From Anthoceros angustus (lineage: Eukaryota; Plantae; Anthocerotophyta), in contig VJWM01000172.1 of the NCBI GenBank assembly GCA_010909165.1, positions 248,001 to 312,000 on the forward strand: a stretch of DNA of 64,000 nucleotides. Direction: 5' to 3'. The notes below the pieces were generated by a model. The model was not told the DNA's origin, did not search any database, and saw only the letters and a list, made by a program, of their open reading frames with translations. The position numbers and the translations under genes were made by a program. This document shows positions 33,644 to 47,600 of the stretch, piece by piece; position 1 is the stretch's first letter; each line of letters opens with the position of its first letter.

Positions 33644-36604
33644 AGGGAGGTGCACAAAAAGGTTGAAAGCGTCGAAAGGAACCCTTTAAAAACAATAAAA
33701 ATATCAAAAACCAAAAATTCAAAAATATCAAAATTTTAGGGCAAGTCGCACACTTGTCTAAAAAATTGGACTTTTTGGGGTTTTAGATTTTTGCTCTTTT
33801 TCTTTGGATGAACCATGCAGGAATGCACTAGGAGGCATGAACCATATGGGTTCATGCTCCTAGGCCTTCTTGACCTTGGGTGCACGGTGGCACACAGGCC
33901 TCCTTGCCCCAGTGCGTGTGCACTGGGCCTCCTTGCCCTTGGTGTGCGCAGTCGCGCACACAGCCTGCCCTAGTGCACGTGCTTGTTCACCCGGTGGGCC
34001 CCTTGGCATGTTTGATGATAACCCGTACTAGGTCACGCCAAAAGAGCGGAAACACCGTAAAGGATAAAAAGGGATAGGGTGTTCTTGTCGCATTAGGGCA
34101 TAGGATAGATATATGAGAGCGGTCTAGATGAACCTCCGATGTCTACGCTACTTGTTATTTTGTCGGGGTTTGCACATCCTCGGACCTCAAAGGACATGTT
34201 TCCCCATTAGAAGATCATTTTTCGCTCTTTTGCACAGGCGTGCACATGTTTGTGCATAAGCGTTGTTTAAAACACTTATGCGCGCCTAGGCTCGGTATAC
34301 AAAAACATATAAAACCACATAAAATGCGAGACTACGGACATGACGAAATTATGGAACAATGAGGTCAGCCTTCATCACACCGACTAAAGGGCGTAAGCAT
34401 GGTTTGGTGCCACATATTAGTACCAAATGTCACAACACAATTGGTCACCTTGAGAGAGTGTGAAGGATAGAATTCGAACTTTCAAATCTCACTTGTGATT
34501 ATTTAATGACTTTTTGCCTCACGTAATTTACTTCTATTAATTTATTTTAGGTTAAACTTACTTATATAAAGTAATATAAAATTACATAACCTTTCTTACT
34601 TTCGATTAGCTGGAATAACCTCGTTGGCAGGCTTGACTTTGTGCACCGACCGCTTGGCGCCCTCCCTACCTTACGCCCTCATCGGGCGCCACTATCGCCG
34701 CTCTGCGCATGCATCCTTCACGCTTATGTTTCGTGTCCCACGGCCTTGGCTGCGGCTCGTCTTCCTCCCTCCTTCCATCCCCGCCCCATTTCTTTGTCGT
34801 GGCCTTTTACTGGCTGCAGGCCTCGCCGCCCGCCGTCTGTGGAGGTGTGGGTGCCATGGCCGCCAGCAATCCTCTACACGGAATAAGAAGAGAATGCATG
34901 CGCCGCGAGTTTCGTGCTATCTCGTGGAGGAGGCTCCTTGGAATCGAGGATATGGAGTGGCATGATGGAGATGGAAAGCTCAGCGACAAAGGCATCAATG
35001 TCCGGACGACATGCTTCTTAAGGGTTTGAAGGAGCTTGTTGGAGGTCTTGAAGTTATCACAACGTGGTTTGGGGAGCCATATCATGCTAGTGAAGGCTAC
35101 AAGTTCAACGCTACTACAAGGTTGCTTCACGAGGAGGTGACCAAAAGGTTGAAAACGCCGAAAGGAACCCTTTAAAACAATAAAATATTAAAAACCAAAA
35201 ATTCAAAAATATCAAAATTTTAGGGCAAGTGCGCACTTGTCTAAAAAATTGGACTTTTTGGGGTTTTTTTTAGATTTTCTTTTTCTTTGGATGAACCATC
35301 TGAATGCACTAGGAGGCATGAACCATGGGTTCATGCTCCTAGGCCTTCTTGACCTTGGCACGCCGGTGCACGCACTGGGCCTCCTTGCCCTTGGTGCACG
35401 ACAGGCGCACTGGGCCTCCTTGCCCTTGGTGCGCTGCGCACTGGGCCCCTGCCCTAGTGCACATGCACTTGTTCACCCACCGGGCCCCTTGGCATGTTTG
35501 ATGATAACCCGTACTAGGTCACACCAAAGAGACAAACACCGTAAAGGATAAAAAGGGATAGGGTTCTTCATCGCATTAGGGCATAGGATAGATATATGAG
35601 AGCGGTCTAGATGAACCTCCCGATGTCTACTTGTTATTTTGTGGGAGTTTGCACATCCTCGGACCTTCAAAAGGACATGTTTCCCCATTAGAAGATCATT
35701 TTTCGCGCTCTTTTGCACAGGCGTACATGTGCATAAGCGTTGTTTAGACGCTGCACTTATGCGCGCCTAGGCCTATACAAAAACATATAAAACCACATAA
35801 AATGCGAGACTACGGACATGACGAAATTATGGAACAATGAGGTCACCGGCCCTTCATCACACCGACTAAAGGGCGTAAGCATGGTTTGGTGCCACATATT
35901 AGTACCAAATGTCACAACACAATTGGTCACCTTGAGAGAGAGTGTGAAGGATAGAATTCGAACTTTCAAATCTCACTTGTGATTATTTAATGACTTTTTG
36001 CCTCCTCGTAATTTACTTCTATTAATTTATTTTAGGTTAAACTTACTTATATAAAGTAATATAAAATTACATAACCTTTCTTACTTCCGTTAACTGAATA
36101 ACCTCGTTGGCAAACCCGACTTTGTGCACACGACCGCTGGCTCGCCTCCCTACCACGCCTGGCCTCTCGCGCCACTATCGCCCGCCATCTGCGCATGCAT
36201 CCTTCACGCTTATGTTTCGTGTCCCACGCTGCCTGCCTTCCCTCCTTCCATCCCCGCCCCACATTTCTTTGTCGTGGCCTTTGCCTCAGGCCCGCCGCCT
36301 GCCGTCTTGTGGAGGTGTGGGTGCCATGGCCGCCAGCAATCCTCTACACGGAATAAGAAGAGAATGCACACCGCTGAGCAGCCGTGTGCTATCTCGTGGA
36401 GGAGGCTCCTTGGAATCGAGGATATGGAGTGGCATGATGGAGATGGAAAGCTCACAAAGGCATCAATGTCCGGACGACATGCTTCTTAAGGGTTTGAAGG
36501 AGCTTGTTGGAGGTCTTGAAGTTATCACAACGTGGTTTGGGGAGCCATATCATGCTAGTGAAGGCTACAAGTTCAACGCTACTACAAGGTTGCTTCCCGA
36601 GGAG
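33644..36604. repeat. ~1.48-kb nested tandem duplication in unit 1
   Basis: Junction at 35132-35136 (AGGAG) jumps back to the ggaggtg..aaaaggttgaaa block at ~33645. Confidence 0.9.
33895..33975. repeat. Short GC-rich repeats (ggcctccttgccccttggtgc, ~26-30-bp period); also ~35377, ~43405, ~53725, ~61327
   Basis: 2-3 degenerate copies per unit. Confidence 0.7.
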
Positions 36605-37324
36605 GCGACGTGGATGAGCTTCTTCTTGATTTATGGCGACGGCCTTGCAACGGACAAAAGTCCCCGCTACATGGTGCTTGGTATTCTCTTGGAAGTTGTT
36701 GCATAAGGTCATTAATTGGGCTTTGTGTCCTGCGAAGACCGAGAAGGTGAAGGCGCCAAGAAGAAAGCTCAAAACCGGAGGTGGAAGAGGAGCATGAGGA
36801 ACATGAGGAGGAGGTGGGGAGGCCGAGGAGGCGAACGTGGATGAGCTTCTTCTTGATTTATGGCGACGGTCGAAGCAACGGACAAAAGTCCCCGCTACAT
36901 GGTGCTTGGTATTCTCTTGGAGAAGTTGTTGCATAAGGTCATTAATTGGGCTTTGTGTCTGCCAAGACCGAGAAGGTGAAGGCGCCAAGAAGAAAGCTCA
37001 AAACCGGAGGTGGAAGAGGAGCATGAGGAACATGAGGAGGAGGTGGGGGGGGAGGCCGAGCTTGACGAGAGGGAGGAAGCACGGCCTGTGGTTTCAGGGC
37101 CTGTGACACGGTCACATAGTCGTGGAAGTAGGGCGGTGGAGAGAGGGACACCTGTCTCCTCTCAGAAAGTAAAGACGGCCTCTTCTGCCAAACTACTTGA
37201 TAAGGAGGGTGCAGGAGGCGGTGACAGAGGTAGAGAGCAGCAGGAGCAAGCAGACCTGCATGCAAGGGACAAGAAGGAGCAGGTTGACTTGACAGATTTG
37301 TCCAGACATGCGCATAGGGTTTAG
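36326..37324 (+). pseudogene. Orphan ~230-aa ORF with E-rich tract, present in every unit (44334-45081, ~54600-55275, 62281-63046)
   Basis: Composite MAASNPLHGIRRE..WRRLLGIEDMEWHDGDG..DMLLKGLKELVGGLEVITTWFGEPY..EVEEEHEEHEEEVGEAELDE; sense-like codon usage; no recognised domain. Confidence 0.5.
36597..37060. repeat. ~230-bp nested tandem duplication in unit 1
   Basis: (C)CGAG at 36597, 36823 (junction) and 37056. Confidence 0.88.
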
Positions 37325-38438
37325 GCCATGGTTTTGCCTTCCACGGAAGAAAGATCCGCAGTTTGCATCTGTTGTTTGTTGTCGTTGATCCATTTATGTT
37401 GTGCACATCTCTGTCCAAAGCATGCATGAGGCGGGATTTGCTGCTGAAGCCACCATTTTGTGCCCGCTCTCACAACATTTGAATTGTGTCTGACCGAGCA
37501 TTTGCCCAATTGTTTCTTAGCCTTGTGGACCTCCAATTTAAATTGCCACGAACACGAGTACAAGGCACCAACGTGGTGTAAATGACTCGACGGGAAGTGG
37601 TGCCGAGAATGCCCGAAACCGATGGATGAACACCTATGAACACCTACAAAACCAACAAAACCAAACCAACTTCGGTTTTATGAAATAGGGTTGGAAGAGA
37701 TTTTTCCAAAACCCCTTTTGTAGAGAAACCCTTCCTACAGACGTTTGATCCGAAGGGCATATTTTGAACTTTGCAACAAACTCCGAAATCGCAATTTTTA
37801 AAACTATTTTTCATTCAAAAGTAGATTTTTGATTTGATATCACAATGAAAAATACCCTTATAGTGGCAATATTCTAAACCAAAATAAGTTGGCGAAAATA
37901 ATATCTTGCAATGTATTCATCCAAGTACAAGAAGAAGAGGAATCAATTGCCACAACAATTTCGCATCAATTCTTGAAAGATGAACATTTCATACCATACT
38001 TGTACTCAAGATGTATTTTCACTATATTTGGGTGGTCCAAACTATGCTTGTTAGTAACGACAAGTTGTTGATGGAAAGGTGTATTTTTGAGATAAGCTTG
38101 GTCGGTTAATGTTTGAGCACCTCAAAATCATGTCAAGCTGAAAGTCAAAGAAGAGTGCAACAACTTGTATTGGTTTCAAGGATTATCTCCGTCTGTAGCT
38201 ACAACGCTCAAGAGCTTCCATTCTCGGTTTTCTTCACTCAAAGTTTTCTAAGTTCTTTGGGTTGGTGGTGTCTTAGCCTCATATCGCAAAGCATTTTAGT
38301 TTCTCACCCTCCTTTCTCTCTTGGTCCTTTATAATCATTTCATGTGGAGAATGTGTGTTCCCTACGCCAATGCAAGCTTATCATCTATGTAAGAAGGGTA
38401 GGTCTATTTTCTTATCTATAATTTTTTGGGTTCAATAA

Positions 38439-38720
38439 TGTAGTGAACAGCTGGTTCTTTCATGCTTCACCTACATAGAGTTGGAACTTTACATTCTGCA
38501 GGTGATTTATGAAACGTTTTGTAGTGAACAGGCTGGTTCTTTCATGCTTCACCTACATAGAGTTTGGAACTTTACATTAAAGGTGATTTATGAAACGTTT
38601 TGTAGTGAACAGCCTGGTTCTTTCATGCTTCACCTACATAAAGTTTGGAACTTAGGTTCTTTCATGCTTCACCTACATAAAGTTTGGAACTTTACATTAG
38701 GTGATTTATGAAACGTTTTG
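38439..38720. repeat. Minisatellite, ~78-bp period, 4 cores; copies at 46214-46500, 48796-49070 and 56396-56682
   Basis: Core ggttctttcatgcttcacctacata(g/a)agtttggaactt plus related linkers gtgatttatgaaacgttttgtagtga. Confidence 0.92.
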
Positions 38721-41700
38721 CAAGGTCTTTATCTCGCTAACATAATCAACTTTGTACTCTATGTTTCTTCGGCTGCATGCGCTTTTTACTACTAGATTAT
38801 GCAACAAGTGTAGTTTTCCATCTATGTGTTTTCCTCCATATTTCAACGCATTATGTAGGACTATGCATTATATATATGTAGGACTGCATTATGTATGCAT
38901 TCCACCTGCGTTCTTGCAGGACTGAAAGTTTCTACCCTCTATTCTGCAGGGTTTTTACCTTTTGTTCTGCAAGATTTTTGATTCTTTAAAGGTATTGTAT
39001 ATTTATTAATTATAATAAAAATTCAAAATACAGAACTTAACTCTCTTCTAAAATCACGAAATTACCACGTTAGAGAACGGGCCGAGCGCCGGCTCGGCAA
39101 CGAGCCCTCGCCACATGCGGTAGGGCTGATTTTCTTCATAATTCACCGTGAACAAAGCAGTGGACGTACATGCGCAAAAGTGTTTCGGTTTGTGTCGTGC
39201 GAGGAAGTCGGTGGTAATAACCTAGGCACACAAGGTGTCCGTGGCATTGGTTCTATGACTGAGATCGCGAAGGTGTTGTTGATGTGATGGGGGAGTGTTC
39301 TCTCGACATGGTAACCCTCTCACTTTTTGAGGAATTATGGATTCTCTTTTAGGCACTGGAATGTAGACTATGGTGATTCTTTGCATGCGGGCCTGTGTTT
39401 TTCTGTTGTAGACAAAGCAGAATCCATCCAAGAAGTTTTCTGCTTGTTGCAACTTCAAAACAAGGTTATATTCGGTTTTCTGTTGCCCTTTATGGTGGTC
39501 ACGACACCTTTGGTGCCTCTCAACCTGTGGCTGCTTTCCGGGAACCTCGATAAAGAGGTAGCTCGAGCTTGGTTTACTTGAGATGTGCAGGAGCCTGTTC
39601 TTTTCTTCTCTGGAAACACTAGAAGTTTGAAACAGTCTCATGGGAAGCACTCACCGGTCCGGCAATTTGTTATGAGGCTCCGATGCATTCACACAAGCTT
39701 TGCTTCACTTTTTACGAGTCTTTCTCAGTGATTGAGTTGCATTCAAGCCTCGGGAATCATAATCGAGCCTGTGGAGATCCACAGGAGATTCATGGAATCC
39801 TAGCTACTACTTCAAGTGTTTAACTTTCTCGGCTAGTAGCACAACATGCCTGGATAGTGAGAACAAGGCACGAAACCCTCCTCATGATCACCTTGACGTA
39901 GCTTGAGATATATCCCACTACACAGAGTACGAGGATGCTTGATGAATATCGAGCAATCTTGGTTTATAATGTCATATGGCCGAAGCGAAACACAAGGGTA
40001 ATGATGGCTGCGACTCATCATCGAGTAAGCATACTCAACTTTGTATAGGATACTTTCTCACCTCGTAGCACTTGGAGTGCTTGTCAAATTCTCCGATCTG
40101 TTGAAGTGCCATCCATGTCACGAGAGGGCACGGAGGTGGCATAGCTGCAGCCCCCTCTGTTGCAAATTCTTTGGTAGTACTGGGGGCGTCCTTTCTGCGT
40201 GATGGTATTCAAGGCGGCTTTTGCCACCCGGACTTAGGGACTTGGACAGCTATTCTAGGTGCGAACTCGCTTCTAGCCTGTCATGAGCTAGCACGACGCT
40301 TGGGAGCAATCTCAAACGAAGAAGACATGGAGCACAACAATCTCCCGCTCCATATGCTCCAACGAACAAAGGCTGAGAAAATACATCAGGTTATAAGCGA
40401 GATGTACCTCATCTCTGGCTTCCTGCTGGTACAACATATGGAGTTGAGGATTGGGAAGATTGAGCGTAAAAGTGTACACAAAAGATTGCACAGCCGCGTT
40501 TGGGTGATGCCAGCAACAATGTCTCACGGGTAGCACACGAGTGAAGACCGTGATTCGGAGATAACGTCTAGTCATGACCTACTCAACAAGTGGGAGTATT
40601 GATATTATGTTGATATCATGACTATAGGTTTAGGGATAGTTACTATAAATCATCCCTAATTTGATGTTGAGTTAGGTAGATATCTTTCGTTAGGGTTACG
40701 ACTTTTCGTGAATAGACACATCGTTTAGATTAAGTTTAAGTTGTCTTTTGCTTAAGCACTTTAGACTCTTTTCTTGATTCTCAATCAATATGTAATTACT
40801 TAATGTTGTAATTATTCTACATAATCCATAAATTATCGGTTTGTGGGCGCTAGGTTGTAGTTGGAGCGCTAGGGCTTGGAAGTTGGAGAGGCCTTGAACT
40901 GGGGCGAGATAACCTGTCATCTTGCCAGTGCGACCCTTCCGGTGGTAGGATGCGCCCGCATGCGTTGGGATAGGGTGTCTCCTCCCACGTAGGAATGAGG
41001 TGTCTTTGGCCCACCATACTGGATCTCCTACAACTCTCCTACAAGTGGTAGGAGGGTAGGCCCTACAATTGTTGTTGTTGGTTGTAGGTTACGAGGTGGC
41101 GATTCGAGGCAGCGGAGGCGCTGCATCCCGAGTTGGTGGTTGAGGATGTGCCAATTGTGGGGCGATGGAAAAGAATAGTGGAAGATCACGGGTGGTGAAG
41201 TCGGCGTTGCAATGTAGGGGGTCCCTCGTGCATGGTACGCCGACCCTCTTGCCGTGGAGTGTGGAGCTACCATAGGGTGTCTGTAGGTCCGGGAAGCGAT
41301 GATTGACGTAGCATGGTGAGGCGTGGCATTGTATGGAGTGAGTTGAGGTTGCTTGTGTGAGGGAGCTTGGGGTGTGAAGAGGTGTGGTTTGTGCCTTGGA
41401 TTGGTGACTTGACAAACAAGAGTCTCATGGGACGAAACCTATTGTACTTAGCGACGTGGGATAAGTGTGGCCACTAGAGGGTGAATCTCGGAAGCCCGTG
41501 GTTTTCCTCCACACTCCACAAGCCATATTTCTAAAAGCCTCCTTCATGCCGCGACCACCGCATTCCATAGTCTATCCGTCGCAATGGCAAATGTGCCAAA
41601 GGCAGTGCTCTAGTCTATCTTACATTACAAGATCATCTCCCTTATCTTATAACTATAATTACCGTGATAGTAATATATAATAAACTATTTATTATTTTTA

Positions 41701-44628
41701 TATACATGCATAACTTTATAATAAATAGGTAATTAAATATCATGTAATTATATTTTTTATTACCATAAGATATAATTGTAAAATACCGTTTTACTTTATG
41801 GTGGTAATTACCACCGAAATAATCGTGTTGGGGTCTTACCATAATACTCATGCCTTAGCAGACAATGATCATGAGGAGCTTGTCATTCGATTCCCTTATT
41901 GTTCAATGAAGAATTATACTTAAAATATATATTTAAATGTTTTTATTTGAGTTTCTTTCCAAAACCGCCTACAACACCCTCAGCATCATCTTTGTTAAAT
42001 GTTTGATTATAGGAAAAAGGCCATGGGTGGCTAGACATGGTTGATAGGTTTGTCCAATAAAATAGAAGTATTCTATGTATCTACTAAAGATTGGTTATTA
42101 CATTCACCTTCCCTCATCTTCCTAATTTACATCTTAAAAACATTAAGCATGTGTTCTTTATAATGCTCCTTCAGTAATGTGCACACAATGAACCATGCAT
42201 GCATTTTATAAGTTGAATAAGCACACGTAAATTTGGATTATGCCACTATAACATGTGTGAGTTCATAAGTACGAAATCACTTGACGATGAATGAGCGAAT
42301 ATAAGTAAGCAAAAGTCCATCGGTCAATTGAAATGCGTACTCGTTAACTTTAAACCGGTTTTCCTCTTGAGTAAAAATATCATAGTCGAGTTAGTATTGA
42401 ACAAGGTAACTCTGGCGGACCAAGTACCGCATGGGGCTCCATTATACTTTAATCCCAAAGCGAATCTGGGAGCCAAATCTATTTTTGTTCCACAATATTT
42501 GCGATACTACTGTACTTGTCAAGTAGCGTCTATGTAGAAAGGGGTTTCTCTTGAAATCCCTATTTGCACTACCACGTGGCGGACCCCTTTTGCACTTGAA
42601 AAAATCTACACTATAACCAGCCTTTTGGTATTTCTGCAGACGGATCACGCAACCTTTTGAATAATTGTTTTGATACACGTTATTTGAGATTGTAGATTGC
42701 AAGTAAGTGGCAAAACCTAAAGTCCCATTCTCGTTTTTTCTTTCAAAGGACACATAATTAGCGCAAACTTATGCGCACTTACATCTAAATAGTCTCAACA
42801 TCGGCAATCATTGCGGTGTTGGCGATATCTAAGCGTTTAGAGTTTTTAGGGCTTGCTGTAATTGCAGTGCGCAAACTTGTTGCGCAACCTTTCATTCATA
42901 CCAGTCAATCCTAAGACTATACTCTCGCTCGGGAATTTTACGGACTTTGTTTCTTAGACATTGGGACAATAATATCTTCGTTGACATGATGCTCTTGATC
43001 CACGTGCGGCGAGAATGAGAGTGGCATGGTGCGCACTTGAGCTGGGCCCATGCCAAATGTCTCAAGATTCAAAAGATGCAAAAGGTTCTCACTACTAGTT
43101 CAAAGTTTTAACCACTAGAAAAAGATGAGGTTAAGTAAAGATAAGAACATATCCACATTAGGAGGTGCACAAAAAGGTTGAAAACGTCGAAAGGAACCCT
43201 TTAAAACAATAAAAATATCAAAACAAAAATTCAAAAATATCAAAATTTTAGGGCAAGTGCACTTGTCAAAAAATTGGACTTTTGGGGTTTTTTAGACTTT
43301 TTTGCTCTTTTTCTTTGGATGAACCAGGAATGCACTAGGAGGCATGAACCATGTGGGTTCATGCTCCTAGGCCTTCTTGACCTTGGGTGCATGCGTGCAC
43401 GCACGGCCTCCTTGCCCCTTGGTGCCGCATTGGTGCGCCTCCAGTGTGCGCGTGCGCGCACACAGCCCCCACAGTGCATGCACTTGTTCACCTGGGCCCC
43501 TAGCATGTTTGATGATAACGGTACTAGGTCACGAAAGAGAAACACCGTAAAGGATAAAAGGGGATAGGGTGTTCTTCATCGCATTAGGGCATAGGATAGA
43601 TATATGAGAGGCGGTCTAGGTGAACCTCCATGTCTACTACTTGTTATTTTTGTGGGAGTTTCGGCACATCCTCGGACCTCAAAGGACATGTTTCCCCATT
43701 AGAAGATCATTTTTGGCGTTCTTTTTGCACGGGCGTGCACAATGTTTTTGCATAAGCGTTGTTTACGCACTTATGCGCCTAGGCTGGTATACAAAACATA
43801 CAAAACCACATAAAATCAGAGACTACGGACATGGCGAAATTATGGAACAATGAGGTCATCGGCCCTTCATCACACCGACTAAAGGGCGTAAGCATGGTTT
43901 GGTGCCACATATTAGTACCAAATGTCACAACACAATTGGTCACCTTGAGAGAGAGTGTGAAGGATAGAATTGAACTTTCAAATCTCACTTGTGATTATTT
44001 AATGACTTTTTTTGCCTCCTAATTTACTTCTATTAATTTATTTTAGGTTAAACTTACTTATATAAAGTAATATAAAATTACATAACCTTTCTTACTTCGT
44101 TAATCGAATAACCTCGTTGGCAGAAACCCGACTTTGTGCACCACGACCGCTGCCCTCCCTACCTTACGCCCGTCTCGCCACGCCACGCCGCCACTTCTTC
44201 GCGGTATCCTTCACGTTTATGTTTCATGTCCCACGGCCTTGCTGGCTCGTCTTCCCTCCCTCCTTCCATCCCCTTACATTTCTTTGTCGTGGCCTTTGCC
44301 TTCGCCGCCCGTCTTTGTGGAGGTGTGGGTGCCATGGCCGCCAGCAATCCTCTACACGGAATAAGAAGAGAAATGCAGCCCTTTGCTTATCTGTCGTGAG
44401 GAGGCTCCTTGGAATCGTGGGATATGGAGTGGCATGATGGAGATGGAAGCTCGCGACAAAGGCATCAATGTGACATGCTTCTTAAGGGTTTGAAGGAGCT
44501 TGTTGGAGGTCTTTGAAGTTATCTGGCGTGGTTTGGGGATATCATGCTAGTGAAGGCTACAAGTTCAACGCTACTACAAGGTTGCTTCCTGAGGAGTGGG
44601 CGAACGTGGATGAGCTTCTTCTTCTGAT

Positions 44629-47600
44629 CTATGGGCGACGGCCTTCGCAGTGCAACGGACAAAAAGTCCCCCGCTACATGGTGCTTGGTATTCTCTTGGA
44701 GAAGTTGTTGCACAAGGCTGTTAATTGGGCTTTGTGTCCTGCGAAGACCGAGAAGGTGAAGGCTGCCAAGAAGAAAGCTCAAAAACCAGAGGTGGAAGAG
44801 GAGCATGAGGAACATGAGGAGGAGGTGGGGAGGCCGAGCTTGACGAGAGGGAGGAAGCACGGCCTGTGGTTTGAGGGCTGTGACACGTCAGTCGTGGAAG
44901 TAGGGCGGTGGAGAGAGGGTTGTCTCCTCTCGAGAAAGTAAAGAAGGCCTCTTCTTCCAAACTACTTGATACGGAGGTGCGGGAGGCGGTGTGAGGTAGA
45001 GCGGCGGAGCAGCGGACACATGCAAGGGACAAGAAGGAGGCAGTTGACTTGATTTGTCAGACGCATGCGCATAGGGTTTAGGCCATGGTTTTGCCTTCCA
45101 CGGAAGAAAGATCCGGCGGTTTGCATCGATGTTGTTTGTTGTCGTTGATCCATTTATGTTGTGCACATCCGTCCGCATTGTGCGGAGGCGGGGAGGATTT
45201 CTTCTGAAGCCACCATTTTGTGCCGCTCTCACAACATTTGAATTGTGTTCGACTTGGGCTCTTGAGCATTTGCCCAATTGTTTCTTAGCCTTGTGGACCT
45301 CCAATTTAAATTGCCACGAACACGAGTACAAGGCACCAACGTGTGTAAATGACTCGGCGAAGTGGTGCGAGCCGAGAATGCCCGAAACCGATGGATGAAC
45401 ACCTATGAACACCTACAAAACCAACAAAACCAAACCAACTTCGATTTTATAAATAGGGTTGGAAGAGATTTTTTCAAAACCCCTTTTGACAGGAGAAACC
45501 CTTCCTACCACAGACGTTTGATCCGAGAAGGGCATATTTTGAACTTTGCAACAAACTCAAAATCGCAATTTTAAAACTATTTTTCATTCAAAGTAGATTT
45601 TTGATTTGATATCACAATGAAAATACCCTTATAGTGGCAATATTCTAAACCAAAATAAGTTACGAAAATAATATCTTGCAATGTATTCATCCAAGTACAA
45701 GAAGAAGAGGAATCAATTGCCACAACGAACAATTTAGCATCAATTCTTGAAAGATGAACATTTTCATACCATACTTGTACTCAAGATGTATTTTCACTAT
45801 ATTTGGGTGGTCCAAACTATGCTTGTTGGTAACGACAAGTTGTTGATGGAAAGGTGTATTTTTGAGATAAGCTTGGCAGTGGGTTAATGTTTGAGCACCT
45901 CAAAATCATGTCAGTGAAAGTCAAAGAAGAGTGCAACAACTCGGTATTGGTTTCCAAGGATTATCTCCGTCTTTAGCTTCTACAACGTTCGTAACCATTC
46001 TCGGTTTTCTTCACTCAAAGTTTTCTAAGTTCTTTGGGTTGGTGGTGTCTTAGCCCTCATATCATAAAGCATTTTAGTTTCTCACCCTCCTTTCTCTCTT
46101 GGTCCTTTATAATCATTTCATGTGGAGCAAGTGTGTTTCTGCCACCAATGCAAGTATCATCTATGTAAGAAGGGTAGGTCTATTTTCTTATCTATAATTT
46201 TTGGGTTCAATAATGTAGTGAGCAGTCACGGTTCTTTCATGCTTCACCTACATAGAGTTGGAACTTTACATTCTGCAGGTGATTTATATGAAGCGTTTTG
46301 TAGTGAGCAGGCTGGTTCTTTCATGCTTCACCTACATAGAGTTTGGAACTTTACATTCTGCAAGGTGATTATGAAACGTTTTGTAGTGAAACACTGGTTC
46401 TTTCATGCTTCACCTACATAAAGTTTGGAACTTAGGTTCTTTCATGCTTCACCTACATAAAGTTTGGAACTTTACATTCGTGATTATGAAACGTTTTGCA
46501 AGGTCTTTATCTCTGCTAACATAATCAACTTTGTACTCTATGTTTTCTTGCTGCATCGATTTTTACTACTAGATTATGCAACAGTCGTAGTTTTCCATCT
46601 ATGTTTTCCTCCATATTTCAACTGCGCATTATGTAGGACTATGCATTATATATATGTGGGACTGCATTATGCATTCCACCCTATGCGTTCTTGCAGGATG
46701 AAAGTTTCTACCCTCTATTGCGGGGTTTTACCTTTTTGTTCTGCGATTTTGATTCTTTAAAGGTATTGTATATTAATTATAATAAAATTCAAAATACAGA
46801 ACTTAACTCTCTTTCTAAAAATCACGAAATTACCACGTTAGAGAACGGGCCGGCCGCTCCCCGAGCTGAGCCCTCGATACGTGGTAGGCGGGCTGATTTT
46901 CTTCATAATTCACCGTGAACAAAGCAGTGGGCGTCATGCGCAAAAGTGTTTTGGTTTGTGTGTCGTGCGTGGGAAGTCGGTGGTAATAACCTAGGCACAC
47001 AAGGTGTCCGTGCAGCCTTGGTTCTATGACCGAGGCTACGTTGAAGGTGTTGTTGATGTGATGGGGGAGTGTTCTACCGTCGACATGGTAACCCCTCTCA
47101 CTTTTTGAGGAATTATGGATTCTCTTTTTAGGCCGGAATGTAGACTATGGTGATTCTTTGCATGCGGGGCTGTGTTTTTCTAGACAAACAATCCATCCAA
47201 GAAGTTTCGCCCGTTGTTGCAACTTCAAAACAAGGTTATATTCGGTTTTACTGTTGCCCTTTATGGGCGACGGCCTTGGGTCTAACGGACAAAAAGTCCC
47301 CGCTACATGGTGCTTGGTATTCTCTTGGAAGTTGTTGCATAAGGTCATTAATTGGGCTTTGTGTCTGCGACCGAGAAGGTGAAGGCTGCCAAGAAGAAAG
47401 CTCAAAACCAGAGGTGGAAGAGGAGCATGAGGAACATGAGGAGGAGGTGGGGAGGCCGAGCTTGACGAGAGGGAGGAAGCACGGCCTGTGGTTTGCTGTG
47501 ACACGGTCACAGTCGTGGAAGTAGGGAGGCGGTGGAGAGAGGGACACACTCTCCTCTCGAAAGTAAAGAAGGCCTCTTCTTCCAAACTACTTGATACGGA

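Noticed and set aside
38439-38720. CRISPR-like repeat/spacer appearance
   Set aside because: The spacers are homologous to each other, one is essentially absent, the context is eukaryotic and there are no cas genes. It is a minisatellite.
39289-39782. GGGGGAG-TGTT as PPT plus start of another LTR
   Set aside because: No pol remnant upstream and no second LTR copy or terminal CA can be shown.
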